Shown: positions 20,098 through 32,456, counted from the stretch's first letter. The stretch is 64,000 nt of DNA from an uncultured Gammaproteobacteria bacterium (GCA_964428655.1 CAYRYE010000001.1:9328-73327); one strand, 5' to 3'. Numbers and translations: made by a program. The notes: a model not told the origin generated them from the sequence alone.

Positions 20098-20994
20098 ATG
20101 TTCAGATTGGTTTTAATTGATTCTCACGCTCTTCTTCATCGGGCTTATCATGCTTTGCCAAAACTAAATTTCAAACGGAGCGGACGATTGGTCAATGCCG
20201 TTTATGGTTTTTTTAGTATGCTCTTGAAGGCTATTTCTGAACTTAAGCCTGATTATCTAATTACTTGTTTTGATGCTCCAGCTCCTAATTTTAGACACCA
20301 AAAATTTGTTGGTTATCAGGCCAATCGGCCAAAGACAGAAGTTGAATTAGAGCCTCAAATTGATTTAGCCAGGAAAAGTTTGAAAGACGCAGGGATTCCA
20401 ACTTTAATGAAGCATGGTTTTGAAGCTGATGATTTGATTGGCACTATTGCTAGTAAATCTAAAACTAAAGAAGTGATCACAGTTACCGGAGATAGAGATT
20501 TAATGCAATTAGTTAACAAAAAAGTTAAGCTTTTTCTTTTAACTAAAGGAATTATCCAAGGAGAATTAATTGGCATTAAGGGAGTAAAAAAAAGTTTGGG
20601 TGTAAGGCCAGAACAGGTGGTTGATTATAAAGCTTTGGCTGGCGATCAATCGGACAATTATCCTGGTGTTCCTGGTGTTGGGCCCAAGACCGCTGTTAGT
20701 TTATTGAAACAATTTCATAATTTAAAACAAATCTATGGCCAATTAAAAAAAGTTGATTCAAGAATAAGAGAAAAATTGGAAAAGGGCAAGGAATCCGCGT
20801 TTTTATCCCGTCAGCTAGCAGAAATTGATCAGAATGTTCCGGTCAAGTTTTCTTTAACCGGAGCCAGCTGGGATCAGGAGAAATTATTGAGATTGAAATC
20901 AGTTTTAAAGGATTTAGGTTTCCCGTCGTTAGTGAAACGAATAGAGACTTATTTTGATCAGGGTAAATCAGAGGAGCAAATGAGATTAGTATGA
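20098..20994 (+). CDS. Stand-alone 5'-3' exonuclease (PolA N-terminal domain)
   Basis: LIDSHALLHRAYHA, FEADD, TGDRDL and GDQSDNYPGVPGVGPKTA; no polymerase domain. Confidence 0.92.
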   Translation: MFRLVLIDSHALLHRAYHALPKLNFKRSGRLVNAVYGFFSMLLKAISELKPDYLITCFDAPAPNFRHQKFVGYQANRPKTEVELEPQIDLARKSLKDAGIPTLMKHGFEADDLIGTIASKSKTKEVITVTGDRDLMQLVNKKVKLFLLTKGIIQGELIGIKGVKKSLGVRPEQVVDYKALAGDQSDNYPGVPGVGPKTAVSLLKQFHNLKQIYGQLKKVDSRIREKLEKGKESAFLSRQLAEIDQNVPVKFSLTGASWDQEKLLRLKSVLKDLGFPSLVKRIETYFDQGKSEEQMRLV

Positions 20995-21021
20995 GAGAAA
21001 TTGGCGAGGGAGAATAATGTC

Positions 21022-21050
21022 TTGATCTTTCAGATTAAGATTGGTACAAT
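21022..21050 (+). promoter_or_regulatory. 16S rRNA promoter
   Basis: TTGATC-17 nt-TACAAT followed by boxA-like GTACTTTAACAG. Confidence 0.7.
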
Positions 21051-21080
21051 ATTATTGTACTTTAACAGCTAAATAATGAG

Positions 21081-22660
<1,580 letters not shown>

Positions 22661-22735
22661 TTTAAAAATTAGTAAATAGTGATTAGCAGTCTTGAACTTT
22701 TCACTACTTTTTATAAACCTATTTCCTGCTTCTTT

Positions 22736-23467
22736 ATGGTATCTAAAAAAACGGTTGGCCATTATTATAAGCTTGATTCCAAGTGCATTCCTTATCACAT
22801 TGCTATCATCATGGATGGAAACAGGCGTTGGGCGGCGGAGAGAAATTTGTCACCAATCAAGGGTCACGAGTCAGGAGCGAAGAACCTGGCTAGACTAGTT
22901 GAGTACTGTGAAAAATTGGGGGTTAAGTATTTAACAGTTTATGCTCTCTCAACTGAAAATTGGCGTAAACGAGCTAAGAGAGAAGTAAAAGGTATTTTTG
23001 ATCTTCTAATAAAAATTGCTAAAGAAAAAAGCAAAGAGTATAGAAAAAAAGGGATCAAGTTTTTTGTTTTAGGTAATTTTCAAGCTTTTCCTCTTCGGGT
23101 TAAACGAACAATAGGTGAAGTTTTAAAAGTTGTTTTAAAACATGAGCGCATGAAGTTTAATGTTGCTTTGAATTATGGTGGTAGAGACGAGTTGATCAGG
23201 GCGATTAGAAAAATGATTAAGGATGGTGTAAGGCCAATAGAAGTTAACGAAAAGCTGGTTGCGCGCTATTTAGATACCAGTGGCCAACCGGATCCAGATC
23301 TAATTATTCGAACTGGTGGTGAGATTCGACTTTCCAACTTTCTCATTTGGCAGATGTCTTATGCGGAACTCTATTTCACTGATACTTTTTGGCCGGATTT
23401 TGGACCAAAGGAATTAGAAAAAGCAATTTATGATTACCAAAAAAGACAGAGACGTTTTGGGGGGTGA
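22736..23467 (+). CDS. uppS: Undecaprenyl/polyprenyl diphosphate synthase
   Basis: HIAIIMDGNRRWA, STENW, NYGGRDE and IRTGGEIRLSNF. Confidence 0.96.
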   Translation: MVSKKTVGHYYKLDSKCIPYHIAIIMDGNRRWAAERNLSPIKGHESGAKNLARLVEYCEKLGVKYLTVYALSTENWRKRAKREVKGIFDLLIKIAKEKSKEYRKKGIKFFVLGNFQAFPLRVKRTIGEVLKVVLKHERMKFNVALNYGGRDELIRAIRKMIKDGVRPIEVNEKLVARYLDTSGQPDPDLIIRTGGEIRLSNFLIWQMSYAELYFTDTFWPDFGPKELEKAIYDYQKRQRRFGG

Positions 23468-23477
23468 TTAAATGGTT

Positions 23478-23780
23478 TTAGAGAATTGTGAGACCGAAAA
23501 TAACTTCGACGATTTGGACAATCCAGTAGGCGGAAAAGACTACTAAAAAACCAATAATGGCAAAGACAATTTTATTGGTTCCTTCTTTAATTCCATTTGG
23601 TTCTCCTCCGGAAGTTAGAAGCTGAAACCCTCCCAATAAAAGATAGACAAACATAGCTAAACCAGCAAAGACCAGAGCATATTTTAAAGTTTCGGAAGCA
23701 ATTCCTCCTAAAGTAGAAACTTCTGGCTTTATACCAACAATTTTAGGATCAGGAATGGTAACTTGGGCAAAAACCTTCAC
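23478..23780 (-). CDS. VirB2/TrbC-like pilin
   Basis: Two hydrophobic helices around GGFQLLTSGGEP; starts MKVFAQ. Confidence 0.75.
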   Translation of the reverse strand: MKVFAQVTIPDPKIVGIKPEVSTLGGIASETLKYALVFAGLAMFVYLLLGGFQLLTSGGEPNGIKEGTNKIVFAIIGFLVVFSAYWIVQIVEVIFGLTIL

Positions 23781-24088
23781 TTTTGTAACCCTGGGATATG
23801 TAAAATGTCAACCCCAATTAGTCTTAATAGAAACAGAGAGAAGATAGCGAGTAGTAAACCAGTAATAGCACTAGTAATTGTTTCTTGCCCTCCTTTGATT
23901 TTTTGAGGATCACCTGCTGAAGTAATAATTAAGATGCCGCCGTAGATTATTAATAAAAAAGCTATACCTCCAATAGCTCCTATCAATCTTGGTAAGAACC
24001 ATTCGATGAAATTATTTGGAGAGTTAATAGGAATACAACCAATAGCGGTATTGATCCCATCTTCTCCACTGCAAAAAATTTGAGCCAT
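23777..24088 (-). CDS. VirB2/TrbC-like pilin
   Basis: GGILIITSAGDPQKIKGGQETITSAITGL, with an N-terminal Cys pair (C...TAIGCIP). Confidence 0.78.
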   Translation of the reverse strand: MAQIFCSGEDGINTAIGCIPINSPNNFIEWFLPRLIGAIGGIAFLLIIYGGILIITSAGDPQKIKGGQETITSAITGLLLAIFSLFLLRLIGVDILHIPGLQK

Positions 24089-24145
24089 TGGCTAAATTAT
24101 AACCCAGTGTTTATCGGCTAGCAAGTGAAATGAAAATTTCATATA

Positions 24146-26002
24146 ATGGACTTAATGTATGCGGAAGTGAAGCAAATTCTAGGTACTCCCAGTGATTCCT
24201 CTTGGAGTCAGGTTCATCATTTTCTACCCAAGGAGGAGAAAAAGTGGGAAAAAAAGGGAGAATTAATTCTCTTGGTTAGTCTTGGGACCGCGAGCGAAGA
24301 TCAGAAGATATTCAGCTTAGGCAGAGAAATGCTTTCTCGTTTTCACGAAGAGTACTACGGTAATCCTACCAGAAAGCCAATGATTTCCCTAAAGGAGGCT
24401 TTGTCTAGGGTAGGTCAAGAGAAATCGCAATATTTTGAAAATCCTAAAGAAATTTCTTTGCTAGCTTTAGTGATTTGGAAAAATATTGCCTACTTAGGTA
24501 TTTGGCATCAGGGCAAGATTTTGTTCCGTCGTAACGGTAAATTAACAACATTGATTCAGGGCGAAATTGGTCAAGTTAAAGTAGCCTCCGGATTTATTCA
24601 GGCAGGCGATGTTTTTCTTTTAGCAACAGACAGTTTTTTTGAAAATATTCCCAAGGGAATGGTTACTGCCTCTTTGAACAGTGAGGATTTAGAGACCGTT
24701 GTTGAAGTATTGGCTCCCGTTGTTCATGCTCGAGAAAAGCAGGGTAATTTGGCAGCGGTTTTAGCAAAAATAACTGATTCGCCCTTAATCGGGCCAGAAC
24801 CCAGCGAGGAGAAAGAAGTTTCGAAAGGAGCGTTACTAGCAAGATGGGGAGAGGCTTTATTAAAAAGGCTAAAAAAATTAAAGTCTTTAAAAAAAGTTAA
24901 GTTAAATTTTTCCCGTTGGCTAAAAAACATTCACCCAAAAACTTCAGCTTTGACAGTGGCTCTGGGCTTTTTACTGCTTTTAATTGTTTCTGTTTTTTTA
25001 GGCTGGCAAAAGAAAACTAAGCAGAAGCGGTTAACAGAAATTGACAAGTTGTCATCTTTGATTGAAGAAAAACTGAAAACAGCGGTAGTAATTAAAAACC
25101 TGGATCTGGACAATAGTTTAAAACTGACTAATGAGGCTAAAGATGTTGTTGAGCAACTTAGGATATTGGATGCTGCTAAAGCAGATTCTTTTCAGACTAA
25201 AATTGACTCTTTGGCTTCAGTTTTAGGTGGAGAGGCAGTGTTTCCTCAACTTTATTATGACCTTAATCTCATTGGTGAAAATGTTAGCGTCAGAAATGCT
25301 TTTAGCCAAACAGAAGAAACAATCGTTCTTGATGGAGAGGGTAAGAGGCTAATCAGTTTAGATCTAGAAAAAAAATCAGGGGAAGTTATTGCTGGCGGAG
25401 AAAAATTGGCTGACCAAAGATTAGTGGTTAGTTCCAGTAATCGTGTTTACACCATTGACGACAGTATTTACTTGCTTAAAGGTAAAAAGTTGGAGATTGT
25501 TGATCAATTGGGAGAAAATGATCAAATTATTGCCGCTGATAGCTGGTTAGGAAAACTTTATCTTTTGGATAAAAACAGCAAACAGATTTGGAAATATCCT
25601 GTTGTAGCTGATGGTTTGGGATCGAGAAAGGCTTGGTTTAAAACCTCGCCAAATTTTGATTTTGGTTCAATTGTTGATATGGGTATTGATGGCCATATTT
25701 GGTTGCTTTTAGAAAGCGGACGGATTTATAAATTCTTGTCTGGCGGACAAGATAAGTTTGGTCAGCAATTGCCTTCTGGCGTTGGTAAGGCAAGTTTTTT
25801 AGCAGTAGCTCAAGAGAGCGAAAAGATTGTTTTTTGGGATCAAGGAAAGAAAATGATTTGGGTTTTTAATAAAAAAGGAGAGTTTATTTCCAGAACTCCT
25901 ATTGCTCTAGACCAGATCAGTGATTTGACAGTTTCTCCAAAGGGAGACAAAGTTTTTCTTTTTGCTAAGGATAAAATTTACCTTCTTTCAATCAAAGATT
26001 AA
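24146..26002 (+). CDS. Membrane protein: degenerate PP2C-like N-domain, TM, coiled coil and beta-propeller-like C-domain
   Basis: GDVFLLATDSF motif, one TM segment, and repeated blades such as LYLLD..QIWKY and IDGHIWLL. Confidence 0.65.
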   Translation: MDLMYAEVKQILGTPSDSSWSQVHHFLPKEEKKWEKKGELILLVSLGTASEDQKIFSLGREMLSRFHEEYYGNPTRKPMISLKEALSRVGQEKSQYFENPKEISLLALVIWKNIAYLGIWHQGKILFRRNGKLTTLIQGEIGQVKVASGFIQAGDVFLLATDSFFENIPKGMVTASLNSEDLETVVEVLAPVVHAREKQGNLAAVLAKITDSPLIGPEPSEEKEVSKGALLARWGEALLKRLKKLKSLKKVKLNFSRWLKNIHPKTSALTVALGFLLLLIVSVFLGWQKKTKQKRLTEIDKLSSLIEEKLKTAVVIKNLDLDNSLKLTNEAKDVVEQLRILDAAKADSFQTKIDSLASVLGGEAVFPQLYYDLNLIGENVSVRNAFSQTEETIVLDGEGKRLISLDLEKKSGEVIAGGEKLADQRLVVSSSNRVYTIDDSIYLLKGKKLEIVDQLGENDQIIAADSWLGKLYLLDKNSKQIWKYPVVADGLGSRKAWFKTSPNFDFGSIVDMGIDGHIWLLLESGRIYKFLSGGQDKFGQQLPSGVGKASFLAVAQESEKIVFWDQGKKMIWVFNKKGEFISRTPIALDQISDLTVSPKGDKVFLFAKDKIYLLSIKD

Positions 26003-27723
26003 TGAAAAGAAAGATTTTCGTTTTTATCTTGCTTCTATTTTTTTTACCATTTTTGGCTTTTGCTGTAGAGTGTCGTAAAGATTGTGGAACAATTGAGGAA
26101 TGTGGCCGTTTTATTGATGAATGCTCCGAAGTTTTAGGTCTTTATGAAAGCGCTAATTTAAAAAATAGGGAAACTTTGACTGAGTTTGAAACTCAAGTGA
26201 AGAGATTTGAGCAGATGATTAAATCTGCGGCAAAACAGATAAATGATTTATGGGAAAATATTATTGATCGGGAAGCGGATTTAGAGATTCAAAGAATTCT
26301 TTTAAACGAGCGAATCCGCCGCCTCTATATTCATCAGCGGGGTTTTTCTACCTTGACTATTCTTTTTGCTTCTCAAAACAGCGGCCATTTTATTCGCACT
26401 CTTTTCTATCAGCAATTAGTGGCCAATGAGGATAAAAAAGCAATTGAAGATTTGACCCAGCAGATAGGCAAACTTCAAGAAGACAAAGATAGACTGGAAA
26501 AACATCAAATTTGGTTAACGGCCAAGAAAAAAGAGGCGGAAAAACAAGCTGCTTTTTTTAGAGAAGAAGTCGAAGAAGCGGAGGGTTACATTAGTGTCCT
26601 TTCTTCAACTATCAGTAGCTTAACTACCAAACAAAAGAATCTCTTGACTGCCCGATCAGGGACTTTTACCAGTAGCGTTGGTGAAGTTCCTATTAGTAGT
26701 ATTCCTTGTTCTGGGCCTTCAGGCAGCCCTACTTTTTGTGATCCTGGTGGCGGAGATTGGTTTGGAGCTTTTTCTTTTGGCGGTTGGACTCATCGTAAAG
26801 GTATGAGTCAATACGGGGCTAAAGGTCAAGCTGATGCGGGCCAGAATTGTCAACAGATTCTTCAAGCTTATTACGGCAAGACATCAATTAATAAAGATAC
26901 TAACGGCGCTATTTCTGTTTCCGGTTATGGCAATCTTAATTTTGAAGATTATTATTTGATGGGAATTGCTGAAATGCCTTCTTCCTGGCACAAGGAAGCC
27001 TTAAAAGCTCAGGCAATCGCCGCCAGAACTTATGCTTATCGGTATAAAGTTGAGGGAAAAACCATTTGCACTACCGAGTCTTGCCAGGTTTTTTCCAAGA
27101 GTAAAGCGGATCAGGTTTCTGGAAACTCTGGTCATGCTTGGCATCAAGCGGTTAAAGAAACCAGAGGTCAAGTCATTGAAGATGTGGTTACTTATTATTC
27201 TTCAACTGCCGGTGGCTATTTGACTACTTCTGGTTGGGACACTACCGATGGTCAAGGTGGAGAAGGTTTTGCCAGTCGGGCCTGGGAAAGTAAAGCTGGT
27301 TCGCCGTGGTTTTATAGCAGTTGGTTTACTCAAACTTATAATTCCGGTTCAGCCAAGTGCGGCCGGTCTCATCCTTGGTTAAATTCTGAAGAAATGGCTG
27401 ATATTTTAAATGCCTGGCTGGTGGGCAATGATGAAAGAATTTTGCCGGTAACTATTAATCAATGTACTATTGGTGGAGTTACTGGCAATCCTTATTCTAT
27501 GGATGAATTGAGGAACAAAGCTAATGAGAAAGGTGGTGCTTTCACCAGTGTTAGCACAGCTTCGGTTGTTTACGGTAACGATGGAGCAACTAATTCAGTT
27601 ACTTTTAACACTAATAAAGGTTCGATAACTGTCTCGGGATCAGAGTTTAAGCAAGCTTTTAATCTCCGCGCTCCCGGCTACATTGCCATCCGCAGCCCAT
27701 TGTTTAATATTGAAAAAAAGTGA
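26002..27723 (+). CDS. SpoIID/LytB-domain lytic transglycosylase with coiled coil
   Basis: Signal peptide; GMSQYGA, EMPSSW and EALKAQAIAARTYA. Confidence 0.88.
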   Translation: MKRKIFVFILLLFFLPFLAFAVECRKDCGTIEECGRFIDECSEVLGLYESANLKNRETLTEFETQVKRFEQMIKSAAKQINDLWENIIDREADLEIQRILLNERIRRLYIHQRGFSTLTILFASQNSGHFIRTLFYQQLVANEDKKAIEDLTQQIGKLQEDKDRLEKHQIWLTAKKKEAEKQAAFFREEVEEAEGYISVLSSTISSLTTKQKNLLTARSGTFTSSVGEVPISSIPCSGPSGSPTFCDPGGGDWFGAFSFGGWTHRKGMSQYGAKGQADAGQNCQQILQAYYGKTSINKDTNGAISVSGYGNLNFEDYYLMGIAEMPSSWHKEALKAQAIAARTYAYRYKVEGKTICTTESCQVFSKSKADQVSGNSGHAWHQAVKETRGQVIEDVVTYYSSTAGGYLTTSGWDTTDGQGGEGFASRAWESKAGSPWFYSSWFTQTYNSGSAKCGRSHPWLNSEEMADILNAWLVGNDERILPVTINQCTIGGVTGNPYSMDELRNKANEKGGAFTSVSTASVVYGNDGATNSVTFNTNKGSITVSGSEFKQAFNLRAPGYIAIRSPLFNIEKK

Positions 27724-27751
27724 GCGTTCCACACTGGGTGTTGACACACTT

Positions 27752-28081
27752 TCATTCTGACCTTCTTCGAAGAATTCTTCCTAAACATTTTGGACCTAGA
27801 GTGCTTTTTTTAAGTATTTTTTCTGCCTTTTTCTGATCTTCACCAAAATAGTCTACTGTTACATTTAATGACCTTGCCAGCCTGATAGCATAATCAAGTG
27901 ACGGTCTGGTTCTACCATCTTCCACTTGCCAAAGGTATGGTCTTGATATTCCAGTACGTTGAGACACTTCTCTTCTTGTTAGGCCGCGTGTCCTTCTCAA
28001 TTTTTCAAGGCGAGCTCCAAATTGTCCCACTATTTGTTCTGCTTCTCTTTCTCTATTTCTGGTCATGATGCTTTTTAACAA
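27752..28081 (-). CDS. XRE-family HTH regulator
   Basis: FGARLEKLRRTRGLTRREVSQRTGISRPYLWQVEDG..RPSL. Confidence 0.85.
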   Translation of the reverse strand: MLKSIMTRNREREAEQIVGQFGARLEKLRRTRGLTRREVSQRTGISRPYLWQVEDGRTRPSLDYAIRLARSLNVTVDYFGEDQKKAEKILKKSTLGPKCLGRILRRRSE

Positions 28082-28219
28082 GGAATTGAATCCATTTCAA
28101 GCAAGATTTTTAAAGGTTATTTTTTCTATTGCAGGCTTAATTTAAAGACAAAATTTAATAAAAATCTTAAAAAAAGCATCTTTGAAGCTTGGGTTGGTTC
28201 GTGATATTATTCAGCCGCC

Positions 28220-28903
28220 ATGAAAAAATATAAATTTCCACGACTAACTGATATTTTGAAAGTTAAAGTTGGGACTAAATACGTTTGGGAAGAGAGAGTT
28301 AAACGTCAAGCAATGTCAGTTCATTTGTTAGAAGAGATTTATGACATTAAATTGAATTTCAGCGCTTTTTCTTTTTATCCTAATCGTCTTTATTTTGGCA
28401 TGCCGCTTAGTTGTTGTCCTGAATACGTTCGAAAAACAAAGCCTCTTTGGCGAAAAATTGTTAAGGTTTTTGAGAAGAATCGTTGGCATGTTTACGCTGC
28501 TTTTCAGCACATTGATCCCGGTAAAAGACTTTCCAGCAAATTTACTTCATTTGAAGATTTGGGTTATGGTTATACTCAATTATTACTTTCAGAATTAGCT
28601 CTAATGGATGTTAATTATCCTTCTCATGGGGTTGGGCGGCAATTGGAGCTGTCTCTTTTTCAGCCATTAATTGGTTTTTCCAAAAATTCAGTTTCCAGAA
28701 TGGTTAGTGGTCGGCCAGGAAGTTTGATTCTTAAATATGAAAGCGATGATAAATTATTAAATATGCTGGCTGAAATTTCCAAAAGAAAAAGTTATCGCGC
28801 TGAGCCATTTTACATTAAAAAATGTTTTATTCACCCACTAAAAACTATCTTTAAAGGTAAGATTTGTCTTAATTGTTTATTTAAAAATAAACTTCATTGT
28901 TAG
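28220..28903 (+). CDS. Hypothetical protein, nucleoside 2-deoxyribosyltransferase-like fold
   Basis: LYFGMPL...SELALMDVNYPSHGVG resembles NDT motifs; C-terminal CxxH..CxxC. Confidence 0.5.
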   Translation: MKKYKFPRLTDILKVKVGTKYVWEERVKRQAMSVHLLEEIYDIKLNFSAFSFYPNRLYFGMPLSCCPEYVRKTKPLWRKIVKVFEKNRWHVYAAFQHIDPGKRLSSKFTSFEDLGYGYTQLLLSELALMDVNYPSHGVGRQLELSLFQPLIGFSKNSVSRMVSGRPGSLILKYESDDKLLNMLAEISKRKSYRAEPFYIKKCFIHPLKTIFKGKICLNCLFKNKLHC

Positions 28904-28907
28904 TTTT

Positions 28908-30788
28908 TTACTTTTGTTGCTTAGCCCTTGGAGATTTAGAAGCAAGTTTAATTATTTTTTCAAATTCTTCTCGTTCTAAAGTTTCTTTTTCAAGAAGTTT
29001 TTTGGCGACTCTGTCAAGTTGAGAGTGGTGTTTTCGGAGAAGCTGCTGAGCTTTTTGGTGACATTTGTCAACAATTTCTTTAATTTCTCTATCTATTTTG
29101 GCTTGCATTTCAGGCGAGACTTCTTGAGGTCTGATGAATGATTGGCCCCATTCAGCGATATCAATTTGGGGGCCTAAGTAAAGAGGTCCTAAGGAACTCA
29201 TGCCGTAGTTAATTACCATTCGTCGAGCAATTCTGGTTGCTTGCTGGATGTCGACACTGGCGCCGGAGGTTATTTCGCTAAAGATTATTTCTTCAGCTGC
29301 TCTGCCGCCCATTAAAGTAGTAATTTGCGATAGAAGGCGAGTTTTGTCTTCATGAACTCGATCTTTTTCTGGCGGCATAAGGGTGTAGCCTAACGTTTGG
29401 CCTCGGGAAATAATTGAGATTCTTTCTACTGGGTCCATTTTTGGAGAATGAAAACTGGTTACAGCGTGACCGGCTTCATGATAGGCAGAAATTTTCTTTT
29501 CCTCTTCCGAAATAATCCTTTTTTTCTGAGGCCCCAGTTTTATTTTTATCATTGCTTCTTCGATTTCCTTGACAGTAATAGCTTTTTTGTTAGCTCTGGC
29601 GGCTAAAATGGCTGCTTCGTTAAGCATGTTTTCCAAATCAGCTCCGGAGTAGCCAACTGTTCTTCTGGCTGTTCTCGGCCAAGAAACGCTTTTGGTAAAA
29701 GGTTTGCCCTTGGCATGAAGTTTTAAAATTGCCTCTCTCTCTTTTAGGTCTGGCAGAGTTAAGGCGATTCTCCGATCGAAACGGCCCGGCCTGATCAGAG
29801 CTGAATCCAAAATGTCAGGTCTGTTTGTAGCTGCCAAAATAATGATTGTTTCATTGGGTTCTAATCCATCCATTTCTACTAAAAGCTGATTAAGGGTTTG
29901 TTCTCTTTCGCCGTGACCAGGTGTAGCTCCCAGGCCGCGAACTGCGCCGATAGCGTCAAGTTCGTCGATAAAAATAATGGCCCTTTTTGTCTTTCTTGCC
30001 GTAGAAAAGAGATCTCTGACTCTGCTCGCCCCGATGCCTACGAGCATTTCCATAAATTCTGAACCTGCCATATGAAGAAAGGGAACTTTGGCTTCTCCGG
30101 CTATTGCTCGAGCCATCAAGGTTTTCCCTGTTCCGCTAGGGCCGACCAGGAGAACGCCTTTTGGAGTTCGAGCACCTAATTTGTGATATTTGTTTGGGTT
30201 TTTTAGAAAATCAACAACTTCTTTTAGTTCTTCTTTGGCTTCTTCTAATCCGGCTACATCAGCAAAAGTGGCTTTGCCATTTCTTTTAAAATATTTTGGT
30301 TTTGATTTGCCAAAAGAAAAAAGGCTGGTTTGAGCTTTGCCCGCTTGTTTGAAAATGTACCAGAAAATAAAACCAGTTAGGGCCAATGGAGCGAAGGTAG
30401 CTATCAAGTTAGTAATGGTTTTAGTTAAGTCTTGATTGTCAATTTGGAGATTTATACTAGTAGGGTCAATTTCGGCATTATTAAGGATCTCGGTGAAACT
30501 AATCCCCGGCTCTTTTTGGCTCAGGACAACTTTATTTTCTCCAAGATAAAGTTGAATGTGATTATCGGAAATAATTGCTTTTTCAACTTCGCCATTTTTA
30601 ATTTTTTCTAGAGCTTGAGAAAGAGGAATTTCTTCTGTTGTTGGAGCAGAAAAAGTGATTAAGGCTGAAATTACATAGAGAATAAGAAAACCAATAATCA
30701 ATAATTGCCCCAATGTTTTTAGAGGAGGTGATTTCTTTTTCTTAGACCCTTTATTTTTTTTGTTCCGGCTAAGTTTTATTTTAAGCAT
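28908..30788 (-). CDS. ftsH: ATP-dependent zinc metalloprotease FtsH
   Basis: Two TM segments, [15 protein letters not shown] and HEAGH. Confidence 0.96.
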   Translation of the reverse strand: MLKIKLSRNKKNKGSKKKKSPPLKTLGQLLIIGFLILYVISALITFSAPTTEEIPLSQALEKIKNGEVEKAIISDNHIQLYLGENKVVLSQKEPGISFTEILNNAEIDPTSINLQIDNQDLTKTITNLIATFAPLALTGFIFWYIFKQAGKAQTSLFSFGKSKPKYFKRNGKATFADVAGLEEAKEELKEVVDFLKNPNKYHKLGARTPKGVLLVGPSGTGKTLMARAIAGEAKVPFLHMAGSEFMEMLVGIGASRVRDLFSTARKTKRAIIFIDELDAIGAVRGLGATPGHGEREQTLNQLLVEMDGLEPNETIIILAATNRPDILDSALIRPGRFDRRIALTLPDLKEREAILKLHAKGKPFTKSVSWPRTARRTVGYSGADLENMLNEAAILAARANKKAITVKEIEEAMIKIKLGPQKKRIISEEEKKISAYHEAGHAVTSFHSPKMDPVERISIISRGQTLGYTLMPPEKDRVHEDKTRLLSQITTLMGGRAAEEIIFSEITSGASVDIQQATRIARRMVINYGMSSLGPLYLGPQIDIAEWGQSFIRPQEVSPEMQAKIDREIKEIVDKCHQKAQQLLRKHHSQLDRVAKKLLEKETLEREEFEKIIKLASKSPRAKQQK

Positions 30789-30838
30789 TAGTGGCCATAA
30801 GTATAGCATACCTGGATGGTTTAGGTTATAATTAGTCA

Positions 30839-31510
30839 ATGGTAGAAATTTATCGAGCTGCTAGCAAAAAGGCTAAGAAAAGTTCTCCAAAGAAAGCAAA
30901 ATCTCCTACCGTTCAATTTCGTAAAAAGGTCTACCGAGCAATAGGAAAAACTACTAACCCTTTGTCTGCTTTTGTGGCTCGGCCTAAAAAGATTAATTTT
31001 GAAAATCAACTTGATGGTGAGGAAATTCTTCTTCTTCTTCGCCGCCACCCAATTACACAGATAAAGTGGGTCCTTATAACAATAGCCATGATTCTTGCTC
31101 CTCTTGTTTTAACTCAATTTCCTTTGATTGATTTTCTACCGGGCAGATTTCGATTTATTACTATTTTGATGTGGTTTCTTTTAACTTTAGCCTTTATTAT
31201 GGAAAGCTTTTTAAGTTGGTATTTCAACGTCAATATTATTACTGATGAAAGAGTAATTGACATTGATTTTTACAACTTAATTTACAAAGAGATCTCTGAT
31301 GCTGAAATTGAAAATATAGAAGATGTTACTCTGATTCAGGGTGGAGTTTGGCAAACACTTTTTAATTACGGCTTGGTAATTATTCAAACTGCAGCGGAGA
31401 CACCCCAATTTGAGTTTAAAGATATTCCCAACCCAAGTTTAGTAGTAAATGTTTTGAAAAATATGCAGTTAGAAGAAAAACAGGAAGTATTAGAAGGAAG
31501 GATAAAATAA
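30839..31510 (+). CDS. Membrane protein with bacterial PH domain
   Basis: EEILLLLRRH, two TM segments, IITDERVID and FNYGLVIIQTA. Confidence 0.75.
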   Translation: MVEIYRAASKKAKKSSPKKAKSPTVQFRKKVYRAIGKTTNPLSAFVARPKKINFENQLDGEEILLLLRRHPITQIKWVLITIAMILAPLVLTQFPLIDFLPGRFRFITILMWFLLTLAFIMESFLSWYFNVNIITDERVIDIDFYNLIYKEISDAEIENIEDVTLIQGGVWQTLFNYGLVIIQTAAETPQFEFKDIPNPSLVVNVLKNMQLEEKQEVLEGRIK

Positions 31511-31741
31511 ATGGATTCAGTCATTAAACTTATTCTTAATATCTCAGTTTGGGGAGTAGCCAAATTACTAGTTTTAATCGCTCTTTTAATCTATTTAATT
31601 TTTGCCGCTGTTGTTGTTCGTCAAATTTGTTTAATGACTCAAGTAGTTTCTGGGGAACTCGATTTGCCAATTAAAATTGCCGCCTGGCTTCATTTTTTCT
31701 TTGCCATCTTTATTATTCTCTTAGCAGTGGTAATTTTATAG
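31511..31741 (+). CDS. Small 2-TM membrane protein
   Basis: Hydrophobic ORF abutting the preceding gene. Confidence 0.7.
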   Translation: MDSVIKLILNISVWGVAKLLVLIALLIYLIFAAVVVRQICLMTQVVSGELDLPIKIAAWLHFFFAIFIILLAVVIL

Positions 31742-31925
31742 TAGGACGGGCTTCTTTGGAGTTGTTGTCGGATTAATTTGGAATTGAAGTCTTTAATATT
31801 ACCAGTAATGAGAAGATTACATTTGTAATTGATGTCAGCTACCAAAATTAGCTTGATAACCTTCTAGAAAGCAGTTTTATAAGTGATATAATTAAAGCAA
31901 AGCTTATTTAATTTAAGGGAGGTAA

Positions 31926-32456
31926 ATGACAGAAGGAGGAGAGGTTGGAATAATTGTTACTAGACGTAGAGCTGAGCATTTAGCGGAAGAAGCAAGAGAG
32001 CGAGGGATTAAAGAGGGTAAAGAGGAGGAAAGACATGCAGTGGTTAGGAGATTAGGACCACGCAAAATACAAGATTTATCTAGACAGGTAGAGTTACTTA
32101 GGGAACTTTTATCATCGAATAAAATCTCTGGACTAGAAAGAGAACTTCGCGACCACCAATTAGCAGTGGCTGAAAACAGATTAATAGATCTTAAAAGAGC
32201 ACTTTTTATTAAAGTAGGTAGAGAGGGTTCTAACTTTGGTGATGCAGTTTCATACGACCCTGAAGAGCATGAATTGTTAGATGATGAAAGACCAGCGAAA
32301 GATGTTTCTGTTAATGTTCTTTTTCCTGGTATTTATGACAATGAGACAGAAGAGATTATTATCAAACCAGTTGTTACCTTAAAAGCATTTAGAAAGGAAG
32401 AAATAGCTCTACACGATTATTATGTAGAATTAGCTAAAAAAAAAGGTTGGATTTAA
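31926..32456 (+). CDS. Hypothetical protein with GrpE-like C-terminal beta domain
   Basis: Strong SD GGGAGGT; coiled coil followed by GDAVSYDPEEHE...VLFPG...IIKPVV. Confidence 0.6.
   Translation: MTEGGEVGIIVTRRRAEHLAEEARERGIKEGKEEERHAVVRRLGPRKIQDLSRQVELLRELLSSNKISGLERELRDHQLAVAENRLIDLKRALFIKVGREGSNFGDAVSYDPEEHELLDDERPAKDVSVNVLFPGIYDNETEEIIIKPVVTLKAFRKEEIALHDYYVELAKKKGWI

Noticed and set aside
20098-20994. polA pseudogene
   Set aside because: The exonuclease domain is intact with a clean stop and no polymerase remnant follows; stand-alone forms are known.
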